Shown in pieces: positions 1-10,662 of a DNA stretch of 64,000 nucleotides. Made by a program: the position numbers and the translations under genes. This stretch comes from a plasmid. Under the pieces are notes generated by a model, which was given only the letters and a program-made list of their open reading frames with translations, was not told the origin of the DNA and ran no database searches. The stretch is from the sequence record NZ_CP018188.1; one strand, given 5' to 3'. The number at the start of each line of letters is the position of its first letter. Position 1 is the stretch's first letter.

Positions 1-3000
1 CACTCGCAAAGTCTAGACGAACAGCATAGCTATTTTGACCAATAATATGCAAGTCAAGCATGCGTTCTGGTTGCCAAGGTGATTTTTGTTCCAACGCACG
101 AAGGACAAAACCACGATAATGAGCAAGGGTTGTCATTTTCATATGTAGTGGATCAGAGGCAACATTCATTTGCATAGCATAGTTCAGTTGATTACCTGCA
201 ACATCTTTCTTAGTTGCTTCGTATCCATCTGGTTCAAATGTCATAACAAATGGGTTATGTTCAACCTCATATTTCTTACCATCTTCTTTTTCAACCACTT
301 CTTTCCAAGGTTTTGTCTTTTCTGCAAGCTCTTTATCCTGGACTAATAGAGAAAGTTTCTTCTCGTAATTTTCCTTATCTTTAAGGGCTTGCTTAATACG
401 TTTTTGAGACAAAGCAATATAACGTTTCCAAGCCTTACGACGATTAGACAACAACTCAAATTCGTTATCAAGTTCCATCTTAAGTTTAAGATATGGATTG
501 CCTGTCGCAATGGCTTTAAATTCAGAGGCTGAAAGTGTTTGCTCGTCAATATCCTCTGAAGCTCGCATCGGTGTACGACTGGTCATGATTTGCGTAATAT
601 AACGGAGCTTTGTTTCTTGAATCTGCCAAAGGTAGTTATCAAAACTTCCCTTGGTGATATAGTGGAAAATATTTACCTTCCGATAAATATTTCCTTGACG
701 AACCAAGCGTCCATTACGTTGGATAATGTCAGACGGTTTCCAAGGCACATCGAGATGATGAACAGCTTTCATACGACGTTGTACGTTAAGACCGGTTCCC
801 CCTTTTTCCGTTGAAGCCATGAGAATACGAATCTCACCAGCATTCATTTGACGTTGAAGTTTGAGCTTAGCCTTTTTGTTAGCAGCATCGTGAATAAAAG
901 CAATCTCTTCTTCTGGAATCCCACGTTCAACAAGCAAATCTTTCAACTCTTGGTAAACAGAGAAACCCTTGCCATTAGGAGTTCCTAGGTCAGAGAAAAT
1001 CATCTGTGTCCCTTTATGCTTAGCTTCCTTGTGATAAATCTTATCCACGCGCTCAACCACTTGCATGAGTTTATCTGCATCAGCTCTTACATAGAGCTTT
1101 GCATCAAGCAAACGCATATCTAAAGCCAACTTTCTGGCTTCACTAGTGATTTTGAGCATGTTATCTACACTAGGATCTACACTCCCATTTTTAACTCGGT
1201 CTGAGCGTTCTACAAGCTCGTCCAAATAAACCTTTTGGTTATCAGTCAACTGACTCTCAACCGCTACCTTTTCTACCATAGGAACTGGAAGATTAAGGTC
1301 TTCAGTCATTTGGATATCTGCAGTCTGACGGTAAATTGCCATCAGCTCAGGGAGATTCATAAATTTAGCAAAGCGTTTACGTGAGATGTACTTATCTCCA
1401 GTAGGATTAAGCTCGAGACTATTCTCAACAATCCCAAATGCACCAACCCAAGCGTCAAAGAAACTTACACCGAAATGTTCCATAACATCTGGTTGAAGGT
1501 AATTCATCATGGTATACATTTCACTGATAGAGTTGGAAACAGGCGTACCAGTCGCAAAAACAACATGACGTGTATCATGCTCTTCTTGAAGCACGCGCAC
1601 CTTCATTTCCATATCCATATTCTTTTTTGAGGTACGGTTGGTAATACCAGCAACGTTCCCCAAACGTGTCATAGGACGGACATTCTTGTACCCGTGAGCC
1701 TCATCAACAAAGAGCATATCAATACCAAGGCTTTCAAAGTTGATAAACTCATCAATACCAGTCTTGTTCTCAAGCAACGTTTCTAAGTTTGCCTCAAGAC
1801 TTCTACGCATAGATTGTGCTTGCTTGAATGTGATTCTGTCGTCATTAGCTTTTGCGTAACTAATGATCTCATCAAGCTCATCAATCTTTTCAGAAATAAA
1901 GGCTTGTTCACGTTCTTGTGAGACACGAACTTTCTCAAATTGAGAATGCCCAATCACAATACCATCATAGTCGCTAGTTAGAATACGAGAAACGAACAAG
2001 CGACGACGTGACTTTTCAAAATCCTGCTCAGTCGTAACAAACACTTTCTTGGTAGGATAGAAACGCATAATTTCTTGACCAAATTGTGCTGTTAGACTAG
2101 ACGGAACCACAAACAATGGTTTATGAATAAGCCCAAGCTCTTTCATTTTGAAAGCTGCTGAAATCATAGTTAGTGTCTTTCCAGTACCTACTTCGTGAGC
2201 GAGGAGTGCACGTCTCTCTTCAAGAATACGTTGGACGGCATTCTTTTGGTGAGGGCGAAGCTCTACACCTTTAGCCAAGCCATCAAATTCCAAGAGACTA
2301 CCGTCATATTGACGTGTTACATAGCGATTAAAGACTTCATTGTAGGTATCTTCAATCACTTCTTGGACTGTTGGGTTTTCATGAATAAAGTTTTTAAAAC
2401 TCTCTTGTAGCACACGTTCACACTCACGTAGGTTTGCTGTAGCCACTTCATCCACCTTACGTTGCGGGTTTTCAGTCGTACCGAAGTTACGCATGATAGT
2501 TGGTTGATTACTTGTAAGCAAGTGAGCCACAATATCTGTTGCGTGTGAGTAGCTTTTATTGTACTCATCACGTAAACCTAAACGTAGGTTAGATTGACGA
2601 TGAATATAGCGGTTTAACAATCGTTCGTTGAAACCTCGTCCAATTCTGGATTTCACTAATAGCGATTTAGCTTCATCAGAATGGAGACCAACTGGTTCAT
2701 CCAAAAGGTTACTAAACACCCATTGAGAAACGACGTTACCAGGAATCCAGCTAGAACCAATACTGAAATCAATATCAGATAAGACAACTGGTTCTGGTAC
2801 AACAGATAAAATCAATTCCAAATAACGTTCCCAATCCGCTTGTGTATCTCCTTCTTCAATAAGGGAGTTAATACAATCACGTTTAGTGAGCACATCACCT
2901 GAAAGGAATTTATCCTTAGTAACATAGTGTACCGTCTTATCATCACTATAGCGTTCCACATCAATCATCACTGTCTCACCTAGTTCTGAAATCATCATGT

Positions 3001-4879
3001 CTTCTGAGACATCTGGATAAACAGAACTCATGAGATTCAAATCAACGCCACGACCTTCCGAAAGCGATACATTCAAGGCTTCTACTGCTGACATCACTTG
3101 ATGGAGGTGTTTTTTAGGACGAATAGTTGGCTTTTTAAAAGCATCTGACTTCACAAAAACTACCTTTGAGCTGTCATTCTCGTCCAACTCCTCTAATTCA
3201 AGACTAGCGATAAGAGGATAACGATCATCTCGGTCAAAGAGGCGAGCATTCACCGCTTGATTGATATAGCCATACTTCTTCTTGAAAGTATCGTAGGCTT
3301 GATTAAGTGTTGCAAGCAGTTGTTTGAATTTACCTTCATCATAGTCTGTCGTCATTTGAATATCAATAATGGCTTGATAAGCATTTTTGATAGCAACCAT
3401 GCCACGGATACGCTTGTTTTCTGTATCCGTAAGGGGTGTTTCATAGAAATAAATACCTTTGTAAAGCCCTTTACTTTTAGCTGCTTTAGAAGGTGTTTGA
3501 CTTACCCATGTATTCGTAACAATATTAGGGTCTGCTTCTACTGCTGCTTCAAAGTCTAAAATGGCCTCTTCTTTGTATTTATCATCATATTTTACGAACT
3601 GTCCTTGTTCGTCTTGATAAAAAATCATTTCCGCTGCGCGTGAGCTAGGACGGATAGACGTGTTATCACGATAATAGACACGCCCATTTTTATCACAAGC
3701 ATACTCGTTCAATCGAATATCAAGTGAAGCAAGTAATTCTTGGTCAAGATGATTCACTTCTTCTTTAAGGATAATATCACGAGGTTCTAGTCTCTCCACT
3801 TCGAAAGGCACGGTTACTTTTGATAGTGCTTCTTGAAGCTCTGAAGCTAAATCAAAAGAGCTATCTACCACAAGATCCAGTGTTCCACCATTGAAATTAC
3901 GTACCTGATAATCACCTAGGACACAAGGATTTTTACAAATAGCATCCTGGAAGAAATAGGGATTGAGCGAGACACGTTTATCAAAGGGGAGTTTATTTCT
4001 ATCTGAAGACCAGAAGTCAATATTATTATCGGGAACAGGGATAAAAGCTCCTTTTTGGAAAAATAGGATATCTGTTACCACTCGTGTTCCAGCATCTTTA
4101 AAAGCAGTATTTGGTAAGCGGACACCACCTAAAAACTGAGTTCCGCTACGACGGAGTTCTGGCAGAATTGAACCAGCACTCTTATCTGCAGTACCAGTTG
4201 AAGTGATAGCAGCAACCATCCCATGATAGGGTACCAAATCGATAGCTTTCTTAAAGAAGTAATCATGAATACGATAAGGTTTATTATCATAAGCTTTATC
4301 GACAATGCGAACATCCGCAAATGGAACATTCGTAATGACCAAGTCAAATGGTGTCCCTTCAAAGTTTACTGTTTCAAATCCTTGGACTAAAACAGTAGCA
4401 TCTTGATGAAGGTGTTTAGCAATAGCACCAGTAATGGTATCAAGTTCAATTCCATAAAGAGTAGAATTCTTCTTGATATCCTCTGGCATTGTTTCAAAGA
4501 AGATACCAGTACCCATTGATGGATCAAGAACATTACCTCCTTTAAAACCACTTTCTACAATCTTATCCCACATTGCAGTAGCAATCTCTGGACTTGTGTA
4601 GTAAGCCGTAAGGGAGCTCATTTCCATCGCACGATATTCTTCTTTAGTGACAAGACTTTTTAGCTCATCACGTTCTTTTGCAAAACGATTAATCTTACTA
4701 TCAAAGAAATCGTTAGCAAGTCCTCCCCAACCAACATAGTTAGAGAGAATTTCTTGTTCTGCACTATCGGCTAGACGGTTATCTGCTTCGAGTGCTTTCA
4801 CAAGTTTAATGGCAGAAAGGTTATCTTGAACCTTTTCTGCTTTTGTCATTGTTTTAGTATTATTTTTTTGTTCTTCCAT
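1..4879 (-). CDS. N6-adenine DNA methyltransferase / SNF2-family helicase fusion protein (N-terminal ~1600 aa in window; 3' end beyond left edge)
   Basis: Not in the ORF track because the stop lies off the left edge. The continuous minus-strand reading frame starts at 4879 (ATG with GGAG ribosome-binding site) and gives MEEQKNNTK... The N-terminus has methyltransferase motif I ([12 protein letters not shown]) and an NPPY-like motif ([12 protein letters not shown]). Further in are SNF2/DEAD helicase motifs [12 protein letters not shown] and [10 protein letters not shown] (DEAH box). Confidence 0.8.
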   Translation of the reverse strand, partial: MEEQKNNTKTMTKAEKVQDNLSAIKLVKALEADNRLADSAEQEILSNYVGWGGLANDFFDSKINRFAKERDELKSLVTKEEYRAMEMSSLTAYYTSPEIATAMWDKIVESGFKGGNVLDPSMGTGIFFETMPEDIKKNSTLYGIELDTITGAIAKHLHQDATVLVQGFETVNFEGTPFDLVITNVPFADVRIVDKAYDNKPYRIHDYFFKKAIDLVPYHGMVAAITSTGTADKSAGSILPELRRSGTQFLGGVRLPNTAFKDAGTRVVTDILFFQKGAFIPVPDNNIDFWSSDRNKLPFDKRVSLNPYFFQDAICKNPCVLGDYQVRNFNGGTLDLVVDSSFDLASELQEALSKVTVPFEVERLEPRDIILKEEVNHLDQELLASLDIRLNEYACDKNGRVYYRDNTSIRPSSRAAEMIFYQDEQGQFVKYDDKYKEEAILDFEAAVEADPNIVTNTWVSQTPSKAAKSKGLYKGIYFYETPLTDTENKRIRGMVAIKNAYQAIIDIQMTTDYDEGKFKQLLATLNQAYDTFKKKYGYINQAVNARLFDRDDRYPLIASLELEELDENDSSKVVFVKSDAFKKPTIRPKKHLHQVMSAVEALNVSLSEGRGVDLNLMSSVYPDVSEDMMISELGETVMIDVERYSDDKTVHYVTKDKFLSGDVLTKRDCINSLIEEGDTQADWERYLELILSVVPEPVVLSDIDFSIGSSWIPGNVVSQWVFSNLLDEPVGLHSDEAKSLLVKSRIGRGFNERLLNRYIHRQSNLRLGLRDEYNKSYSHATDIVAHLLTSNQPTIMRNFGTTENPQRKVDEVATANLRECERVLQESFKNFIHENPTVQEVIEDTYNEVFNRYVTRQYDGSLLEFDGLAKGVELRPHQKNAVQRILEERRALLAHEVGTGKTLTMISAAFKMKELGLIHKPLFVVPSSLTAQFGQEIMRFYPTKKVFVTTEQDFEKSRRRLFVSRILTSDYDGIVIGHSQFEKVRVSQEREQAFISEKIDELDEIISYAKANDDRITFKQAQSMRRSLEANLETLLENKTGIDEFINFESLGIDMLFVDEAHGYKNVRPMTRLGNVAGITNRTSKKNMDMEMKVRVLQEEHDTRHVVFATGTPVSNSISEMYTMMNYLQPDVMEHFGVSFFDAWVGAFGIVENSLELNPTGDKYISRKRFAKFMNLPELMAIYRQTADIQMTEDLNLPVPMVEKVAVESQLTDNQKVYLDELVERSDRVKNGSVDPSVDNMLKITSEARKLALDMRLLDAKLYVRADADKLMQVVERVDKIYHKEAKHKGTQMIFSDLGTPNGKGFSVYQELKDLLVERGIPEEEIAFIHDAANKKAKLKLQRQMNAGEIRILMASTEKGGTGLNVQRRMKAVHHLDVPWKPSDIIQRNGRLVRQGNIYRKVNIFHYITKGSFDNYLWQIQETKLRYITQIMTSRTPMRASEDIDEQTLSASEFKAIATGNPYLKLKMELDNEFELLSNRRKAWKRYIALSQKRIKQALKDKENYEKKLSLLVQDKELAEKTKPWKEVVEKEDGKKYEVEHNPFVMTFEPDGYEATKKDVAGNQLNYAMQMNVASDPLHMKMTTLAHYRGFVLRALEQKSPWQPERMLDLHIIGQNSYAVRLDFAS

Positions 4880-4953
4880 TGTTGTTCTTTCTCCTTAAAA
4901 CTAAAAAAGACCTGGTATAATACCAAGTCTTTCTTTTTCGTTAAAGTAATTGT

Positions 4954-5301
4954 TTATCGTCTCACCAAGTTAGGATGATGATCTTCTAAAACAAATGGCT
5001 CATTATTAAGTTCTGGTATTGATATCCAATAAAAATCATCGGTATCAAAACCGTGCGTCATGGCAATTTCATGCCAGACATCTGGAGCTTTATAAGTATA
5101 GCCTAAAAGCTCTTTTCGATTTTTTCGCCCAAAATCAATTTGACGCCCTTTTAGAAAGTCTACCATACGTTCATAAGTGAATTCTGTATTCAACAGATAA
5201 TCATCTTTTCTTACAAACGTTTCTATAGTCTCACTAACCGTATCAACTAGGTATTTCCCAATCATCCTTTTGTTGTTATATATAATAATAGTCAATTTCA
5301 T
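4954..5301 (-). CDS. hypothetical protein (115 aa)
   Basis: An ORF is present. The internal ATG at 5301 follows a GGGAGGG ribosome-binding site and gives MKLTIIIYNN... No recognisable motifs. Confidence 0.4.
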   Translation of the reverse strand: MKLTIIIYNNKRMIGKYLVDTVSETIETFVRKDDYLLNTEFTYERMVDFLKGRQIDFGRKNRKELLGYTYKAPDVWHEIAMTHGFDTDDFYWISIPELNNEPFVLEDHHPNLVRR

Positions 5302-5421
5302 TACTTTTATTGTCCCTCCCTGCATTTTACTAGAGAATACATCTAATATTTTCTTTAGTATAGCACAGAAAATTCGAGATTGACTAATAACCTATTGACG
5401 ATTCTATCTTTCTCCTTTTAT

Positions 5422-6969
5422 CTAAAACTGAATGTTAAGCTTTCCACAATGGGCTAAAAATTGTTCTGCTTCTTTCTTTGCCTCTTCATCTGCGGATTTG
5501 TTCCTTTCTCCTTTCAGTTGAATGATCCTATTGTTTTTCAATTCAAGAGTATAGAGAGGGGTTTCTCTGTCAGTTTTATCACGAACAAAGACAATAATAG
5601 AAGTTCCGTAGACAAAGTGTTTTTTTGCATAACTTCCAACACAATGATGTAGGGTTTTGCCTTCTTTGACAATTTCACTTTCGTCTTTAGGAAAGATAAA
5701 AGCATACTTGTCAAATGCGGTCTGAGCCTTCATCATGTTTGTCAAACGTTTAGCTGTTTCAATCTTCAACTTCGCCTCTTTCTTTTCGTCCTCAAGGCGT
5801 TGTTTCTCTTCTCTCAAATCTCTGACAGCATTAGTTACACGTAAATATGTACCACGTGCTTGTTGATTCTCGAGAAGAGCTGAATAATTTTCTACGACCT
5901 CTGTATGTTTGTTTTCCCAATTTTTTGGGATAACTACATAATCTCCATCAAATGGAATTCCCAGAGCTTCTACCATTTCTTGATAGTCCTCATAATCACG
6001 AAGGGAGATATTGTTTTTCATCATCCAGTTAATAAAACGAATTGGTTTCACAGTGGATGGTATGATACTTTCCAAACGCTTAATTAGTGGCTTCTTGTCA
6101 GAAATCATAGCGTTTATAATCAACTCATATAACCCCTCGAAGGTTCGACCATATCGTCTACGCAAATCTTCCTCGAAAAATGCCTTTTCAACATTTATAT
6201 CCGTATTTTTTAGATACGGTTTATTCCTTTTAAGAAAGTTCATGGTAGCCTTCCCCATATTTGTATGCTTGTGCCCAAGACTATATGAGTAATATGATCT
6301 ATAAAACGTAGACCCTACCAAATCTTTGACGATTCCACGCGCCTTGATTTTTTGAGCGAATTCAATACGCTCTCTATATTTATAAAGATGAGGTAGCACT
6401 AAGCTTATCTCAAAATTATCTTTAATCACTTGTCCAAAATCTAAATATCTCAACTCAGACTTTGTTTGTAATTTCTGAATAAGACTTTCCATATCCCCAT
6501 AAAGCGTATAGACACTAAATGCACCAGAACCAAAAAAGAGAGCATTCCTCTGATTTTGGAATCCACTTCTATAGATATCTTTACCTTTTTGGGCTGAAAG
6601 AAATGGATCCCGGTGTGCTTTAACAATCTTATTGTTGGCAAGCTGATAAAAGTTGTAAAGTCTGACTTTGAACTTTTCTTTTCCTTTTTCGAAGGATTGA
6701 GTCACAGAATACATCTGCATTTCAATGCGTTTCTTTGTGACTCCCATCCAGACATAGTAAAAAGTATCACCTACAAAGGTTAAACGGCTGTTAAGTGATA
6801 AGCGTTTTGTAACCTTTTTCGAAAATTTTTTTCGGTCTGAAGAGATAATTGTCCTGGACTTATTAGTCCATTCATAGATAGGAAAATCATTCATCGCCCA
6901 CTTGAAAAATCCGTTAGGAACTTTTAGACGATTGTCAACGATTTCTTGAATAGTCATTTCTTTTGTCAT
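5422..6969 (-). CDS. PcfJ-like conjugative-plasmid protein
   Basis: 515-aa ORF with ribosome-binding site GGAGAAAAACAATG. The C-terminal region (KEGKTLHHCVGSYAKKHFVYGTSIIVFVRD...) resembles the PcfJ domain of pCF10-type conjugative plasmids. Confidence 0.55.
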   Translation of the reverse strand: MTKEMTIQEIVDNRLKVPNGFFKWAMNDFPIYEWTNKSRTIISSDRKKFSKKVTKRLSLNSRLTFVGDTFYYVWMGVTKKRIEMQMYSVTQSFEKGKEKFKVRLYNFYQLANNKIVKAHRDPFLSAQKGKDIYRSGFQNQRNALFFGSGAFSVYTLYGDMESLIQKLQTKSELRYLDFGQVIKDNFEISLVLPHLYKYRERIEFAQKIKARGIVKDLVGSTFYRSYYSYSLGHKHTNMGKATMNFLKRNKPYLKNTDINVEKAFFEEDLRRRYGRTFEGLYELIINAMISDKKPLIKRLESIIPSTVKPIRFINWMMKNNISLRDYEDYQEMVEALGIPFDGDYVVIPKNWENKHTEVVENYSALLENQQARGTYLRVTNAVRDLREEKQRLEDEKKEAKLKIETAKRLTNMMKAQTAFDKYAFIFPKDESEIVKEGKTLHHCVGSYAKKHFVYGTSIIVFVRDKTDRETPLYTLELKNNRIIQLKGERNKSADEEAKKEAEQFLAHCGKLNIQF

Positions 6970-6990
6970 TGTTTTTCTCCTTAATCAATA

Positions 6991-7015
6991 AAAAATGGCC
7001 CTAGGACCATTTTTT
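6991..7015 (-). terminator. rho-independent terminator (AAAAATGGCCCTAGGACCATTTTT)
   Basis: GC-rich imperfect palindrome flanked by an A-run and a T-run between two minus-strand genes. The same CCCTAGG-centred hairpin family recurs at 37910 and 47646. Confidence 0.5.
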
Positions 7016-7027
7016 ATTTCCTTGTTG

Positions 7028-7597
7028 TTAAAATTCCCCTTCTTCAATAGATAAATCTGAAAAAAGATCTAACTGTTCCCCAACCTCTTTAGGCATTTTC
7101 TTTGTTTTTGGGGTCTTTTTAGTCTGTTTCTTTTTAGGCTTCTTGGTTGATTCTTTGCTACCAGTAGTCATTTTACCTACTACTGATTTAGTCTCAACTT
7201 TAGGGGTTTTCTTTTTAGTTTGGCTCTTCTTTTTTGGATTTTTTGTTGGTTTCTTACTACCAGTAGACATCCTACCAAAAACAGAACCTATTTCTACTTC
7301 TTCCGCAGTAAAATACTCCTTAACCCAAGAAAAGACCGTATCATCATCAACCATGGCCCCTTGACCATTTTTATAGTCAGATTTACTGGCTTTTCTGATG
7401 CAGTAACGCATAGCATTCTTAATCGTACGATCAAGGTGTGTGAGGATTCCAGAAATCAGCTCATCATCCTCTTGATGATCAACTATCCAATTATGAATAG
7501 CATCCTCAGTCGGGGTGTGAGCTTCTGCCATTTCATCATCAAAATGGCTTACTGCCATGAAGCGGTCAAAAGCATCAATCTTAATTTTATCTGTCAT
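7028..7597 (-). CDS. Lys-rich tandem-repeat protein with C-terminal QLDLF (beta-clamp-binding-like) motif
   Basis: 189-aa ORF. It has two tandem repeats, GRMSTGSKKPTKNPKKK and GKMTTGSKESTKKPKKK, giving a histone-H1-like basic region. The C-terminus is ...GEQLDLFSDLSIEEGEF. Confidence 0.5.
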   Translation of the reverse strand: MTDKIKIDAFDRFMAVSHFDDEMAEAHTPTEDAIHNWIVDHQEDDELISGILTHLDRTIKNAMRYCIRKASKSDYKNGQGAMVDDDTVFSWVKEYFTAEEVEIGSVFGRMSTGSKKPTKNPKKKSQTKKKTPKVETKSVVGKMTTGSKESTKKPKKKQTKKTPKTKKMPKEVGEQLDLFSDLSIEEGEF

Positions 7598-7612
7598 TGT
7601 TTTTCTCCTCTT

Positions 7613-8413
7613 TTATTTAACTAAAGCTACGTTTCGTTTCCCATCTTGTCCTTGTTTCATTTCTAAAACATCATGTGGGATTAAAAAGTCATCTTGATAG
7701 GCTGTTGTAACGACACTTAATCCTGCAGCAACAGCCTTAAGTACTGCTTCTACTTCTTCTTGTGTATTAGCTTCACCGATAAACAAGACATTAGGATTAA
7801 AGCGTGGGACTAAAGTGACCAGAGCATCATAGTCCATACGGTTAACCTCATTGACTTGTAGCTGGCCAAAAGATACATCCTTAATTTCGACATGTCTTTC
7901 AATTGTCATTACTTGCCCTTCTTTAAAAGCTTCAGCAAGTATCAAGTAGGCTAAAGTCGTTTTACCAACACCTGGACAACCAGTAATGACGTGTAAGCCC
8001 GGAATGCGTACTTGTTCAAGTACGTTTTCCAAGCTACTATCAAAATCAAAGTCACGCAAAGAAACTCGATGCTCATCCCCATTGATACAATCTAATAGTC
8101 GTATAGCCATCGTTTCTAGACCTCGAAAATCGCCTACCGTTGATATCTTGATGGTGATAACTCTACCATCATCCAACGGATAGTCACAAGTACCTAGTTG
8201 CCCACGCCGTTTTTCGATTACAATCATATCAGCCATAACTTTTATATGATTAAATAGAACATCCGCATCTTCTGATGAAATGTGGTCATAGACCTGTTTG
8301 ACACCAGCTTTTCTAAATGCTACCTCGTATTCTTCACCATGTGGGAAGAAGGTAATATCTTGGATATTGTTATCGATAGCTTTTTTAAAAGCCTGTTTAA
8401 TGTAAGTAATCAT
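7613..8413 (-). CDS. compact GspE/PilT/VirB11-superfamily secretion ATPase
   Basis: Internal start MITYIKQ follows the ribosome-binding site GAGGAGAAAAACAATG. The layout is typical of T2SS-E/PilT N-terminal and Walker A regions: ...DDGRVITIKISTVGDFRGLETMAIRLL...IPGLHVITGCPGVGKTT...ERHVEI...GQLQVNE...VLFIGEANT. Confidence 0.55.
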   Translation of the reverse strand: MITYIKQAFKKAIDNNIQDITFFPHGEEYEVAFRKAGVKQVYDHISSEDADVLFNHIKVMADMIVIEKRRGQLGTCDYPLDDGRVITIKISTVGDFRGLETMAIRLLDCINGDEHRVSLRDFDFDSSLENVLEQVRIPGLHVITGCPGVGKTTLAYLILAEAFKEGQVMTIERHVEIKDVSFGQLQVNEVNRMDYDALVTLVPRFNPNVLFIGEANTQEEVEAVLKAVAAGLSVVTTAYQDDFLIPHDVLEMKQGQDGKRNVALVK

Positions 8414-8426
8414 TGTTTTTCTCCTC

Positions 8427-9890
8427 TCAGAACTCAAACAAGCTTAACTGCTCTCCTTCAGTCGTTGGTTTATCATCATGTGGCTTTCGACAAGCTACTA
8501 ATGCTTTTGGCACCTTCTCGACCTTATAAATTGGTTGCATAGCACGATAGTTCTCAAAGAACGTATCAAAAAATGCAAACAAAAGGTGTCGACATTGCCT
8601 TAAAGCCCTATACTCTAATCGAGTATAGTAAGTTGCTTCATCAGATAGCAATTCTGAATCCTTGGTATAAGTTTCAAAAACCCACCATTCAAAGCCACGT
8701 GCAAACACCTCGGTTGGTGTCAAATAATAGTCCAACTTCTTCTTAATGTGAACAGCTTGAGCTAAGTCCGTTCTGGTTTCCTCAGCTATTTGAATTAACT
8801 TCAGCAAGCTAGCCTTGTAGATATGACGAATATCTTTAAAGCTATGTGATGTAGAACTAATGATCCCAGCTTTATCATACGTATAGTCTAAATAATGTCC
8901 ATACTCATGTATGAATGATGAGGAATCTCTTACATCAACTGCCATGATATTTAATCCAGGCACATAAAGTCCGCTTGCTTTATGTTTTCCTAGCTTTCGG
9001 AATTTGAGTTCTGGCTCTACAGCCGAATGAGGTAAGTGATTACACAACTTCTCCCATTCCTTCTCTAGAACCTTGAATTTCTCCTTGTTAAAATCACTAC
9101 CTCGATAACGCTCAGTATCAACTTCAACTTTCGAAAACCCTAAATCAAGAAATGACGTGTTACTGTTCATTTCATAATCTTGAAAGATTTTATCCTCACG
9201 CACACTAGCTATCGTCTTAGTTGACTGATTAACATATTGTGCATTGAGGTTGGCTGCAAGTGCATCTTCATACTCTCTTTTAAGGACGTTAGCTATTTTT
9301 TGGATATTTCCATAATAACTACATTCCTTGTAGATACCTTCACTATGGATAGACATCAATTCAAGAAAGCTAAAAGATACTAGTCCATACCTCGTTTGAG
9401 AGCTACTCTCTCTCCAAAAATTTAGGTTTTTCTTCAACGGTACTCTAACCTTTGAATCGTCAATAATGAGAAGATACAAGGTTCGTTTGGTATCTTCTGC
9501 ACTTTTAGTAGCAGGTAATCTACTTCCATGTAGTGTGAGAAGAATCTGTTCACCAAAGAGGTGTTCTTTATTTTCTTCATCTCTCAAATTCATACCCTCG
9601 AACAGTCTTTTTAGTTTATTCGAAAAATGAGCTTGATCATAACCAATGGTTTCAATATCAGCCATAATGTCTTTGACTTTGTAGGCTGTATAGACATTTT
9701 CCTGTCCGAATACCTCTACTGCTAGTGCTCCGACTTCTTGAGATAAAAGTTCCTGACAGTGATATCTGCGAATATTCGCATAATAAGTACAAAACTTTCT
9801 CACGATATCGCAAGCTTTATCAGTCTCTTTTATCTTGGGAAAAGTGACTTTTTTAGCAGTTTTTTGTGCTACTGTTAGTAAATTGGTCAT
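8427..9890 (-). CDS. HExxH zinc-metallopeptidase-domain protein (ArdC/SprT-like) with C-terminal QLSLF motif
   Basis: 487-aa ORF with a HEYGHYLD (HExxH) motif. The C-terminus is ...TTEGEQLSLFEF. Ribosome-binding site GGAGAAAAAACAATG. Confidence 0.5.
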   Translation of the reverse strand: MTNLLTVAQKTAKKVTFPKIKETDKACDIVRKFCTYYANIRRYHCQELLSQEVGALAVEVFGQENVYTAYKVKDIMADIETIGYDQAHFSNKLKRLFEGMNLRDEENKEHLFGEQILLTLHGSRLPATKSAEDTKRTLYLLIIDDSKVRVPLKKNLNFWRESSSQTRYGLVSFSFLELMSIHSEGIYKECSYYGNIQKIANVLKREYEDALAANLNAQYVNQSTKTIASVREDKIFQDYEMNSNTSFLDLGFSKVEVDTERYRGSDFNKEKFKVLEKEWEKLCNHLPHSAVEPELKFRKLGKHKASGLYVPGLNIMAVDVRDSSSFIHEYGHYLDYTYDKAGIISSTSHSFKDIRHIYKASLLKLIQIAEETRTDLAQAVHIKKKLDYYLTPTEVFARGFEWWVFETYTKDSELLSDEATYYTRLEYRALRQCRHLLFAFFDTFFENYRAMQPIYKVEKVPKALVACRKPHDDKPTTEGEQLSLFEF

Positions 9891-9910
9891 TGTTTTTTCT
9901 CCTTCATAGC

Positions 9911-9949
9911 AAAAAGGAAGGTTAGCTCAAAGCTAATACCTTCCTCTTT
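9911..9949 (-). terminator. rho-independent terminator / attenuator between RelA-SpoT-like gene and metallopeptidase gene
   Basis: AAAAAGGAAGGTTAGCTCAAAGCTAATACCTTCCTCTTT forms a long hairpin. On the minus strand a T-run follows it. Confidence 0.5.
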
Positions 9950-10027
9950 CTCTTATATGTATTATGTACGATACACTATGCACTATACATATTATGATGT
10001 GCTATTTATCGCGTAAAAAAAGGAAAC

Positions 10028-10630
10028 CTAATTATTGTTATCAAGTTTCCTTGCGAAATCTCGTTTATGGCGTTTGTGACTCTCTATATTTCGAGAAATA
10101 TCATTCTTATCCCAGATTTGTAATTCCCAAGGATAAGAAAAATTACTTCCGTTTTTGAAATAGACATAGATACCAGTGTAGTCTTCTGTATCCTTTAAAT
10201 ACCAATTTTTAAGACCGTATTCTTCCTTCCAATCATCTAAACGATTCACCACTTCAGTAATGACAGATGTTGGCAAAATGACACGTGCTCCAAAAATATC
10301 ATTTAAAACTGAATTTACTGGATACCCTTCGGGTCTTTTAGTAAAATGCTCAATCTTATCTAAAATAGATTCAGATGTTTTCACTCGATAGAAGTAACTA
10401 ATATCGCTGACATCTGCTACCATCAAATAATCGTTGATTGACTCGTGCAGATTCAAACGATATTTTAGAATCTCATCAACTGGCACCTTAACAAAAGTGT
10501 GCTTAAGATTAACTTTAGCAAGTTTACCACTTTCAAAATACTCTTCTGAGTACTTTTTATGAATGGTGTTGATTTCAGAGATCAGTCGCTCTACTTTATT
10601 GATATCTGTCACAAGCTTATACTTCTCCAT
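10028..10630 (-). CDS. RelA/SpoT-domain nucleotidyltransferase (small alarmone synthetase-like; toxSAS candidate)
   Basis: 200-aa ORF. Motifs FYRVKTSESILDKIEHFTKRP and NDIFGARVIL (D-x-x-G-x-R-[IV]) are present. A divergent ELQIW occupies the position of the EIQIRT motif of (p)ppGpp-synthetase-fold enzymes. Confidence 0.5.
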   Translation of the reverse strand: MEKYKLVTDINKVERLISEINTIHKKYSEEYFESGKLAKVNLKHTFVKVPVDEILKYRLNLHESINDYLMVADVSDISYFYRVKTSESILDKIEHFTKRPEGYPVNSVLNDIFGARVILPTSVITEVVNRLDDWKEEYGLKNWYLKDTEDYTGIYVYFKNGSNFSYPWELQIWDKNDISRNIESHKRHKRDFARKLDNNN

Positions 10631-10662
10631 ATTTTTTCTCCATTATACCATAACCCTTTTTG

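Noticed and set aside
7613-8413. Reading the 266-aa ATPase as ParA/AAA+/DnaB-like
   Set aside because: The region upstream of the Walker A box matches the GspE/PilT N-terminal layout (DGR...DfRvst...GE..aiRlL) rather than those families. The Walker A is GCPGVGKTT, not the deviant KGGxGK.
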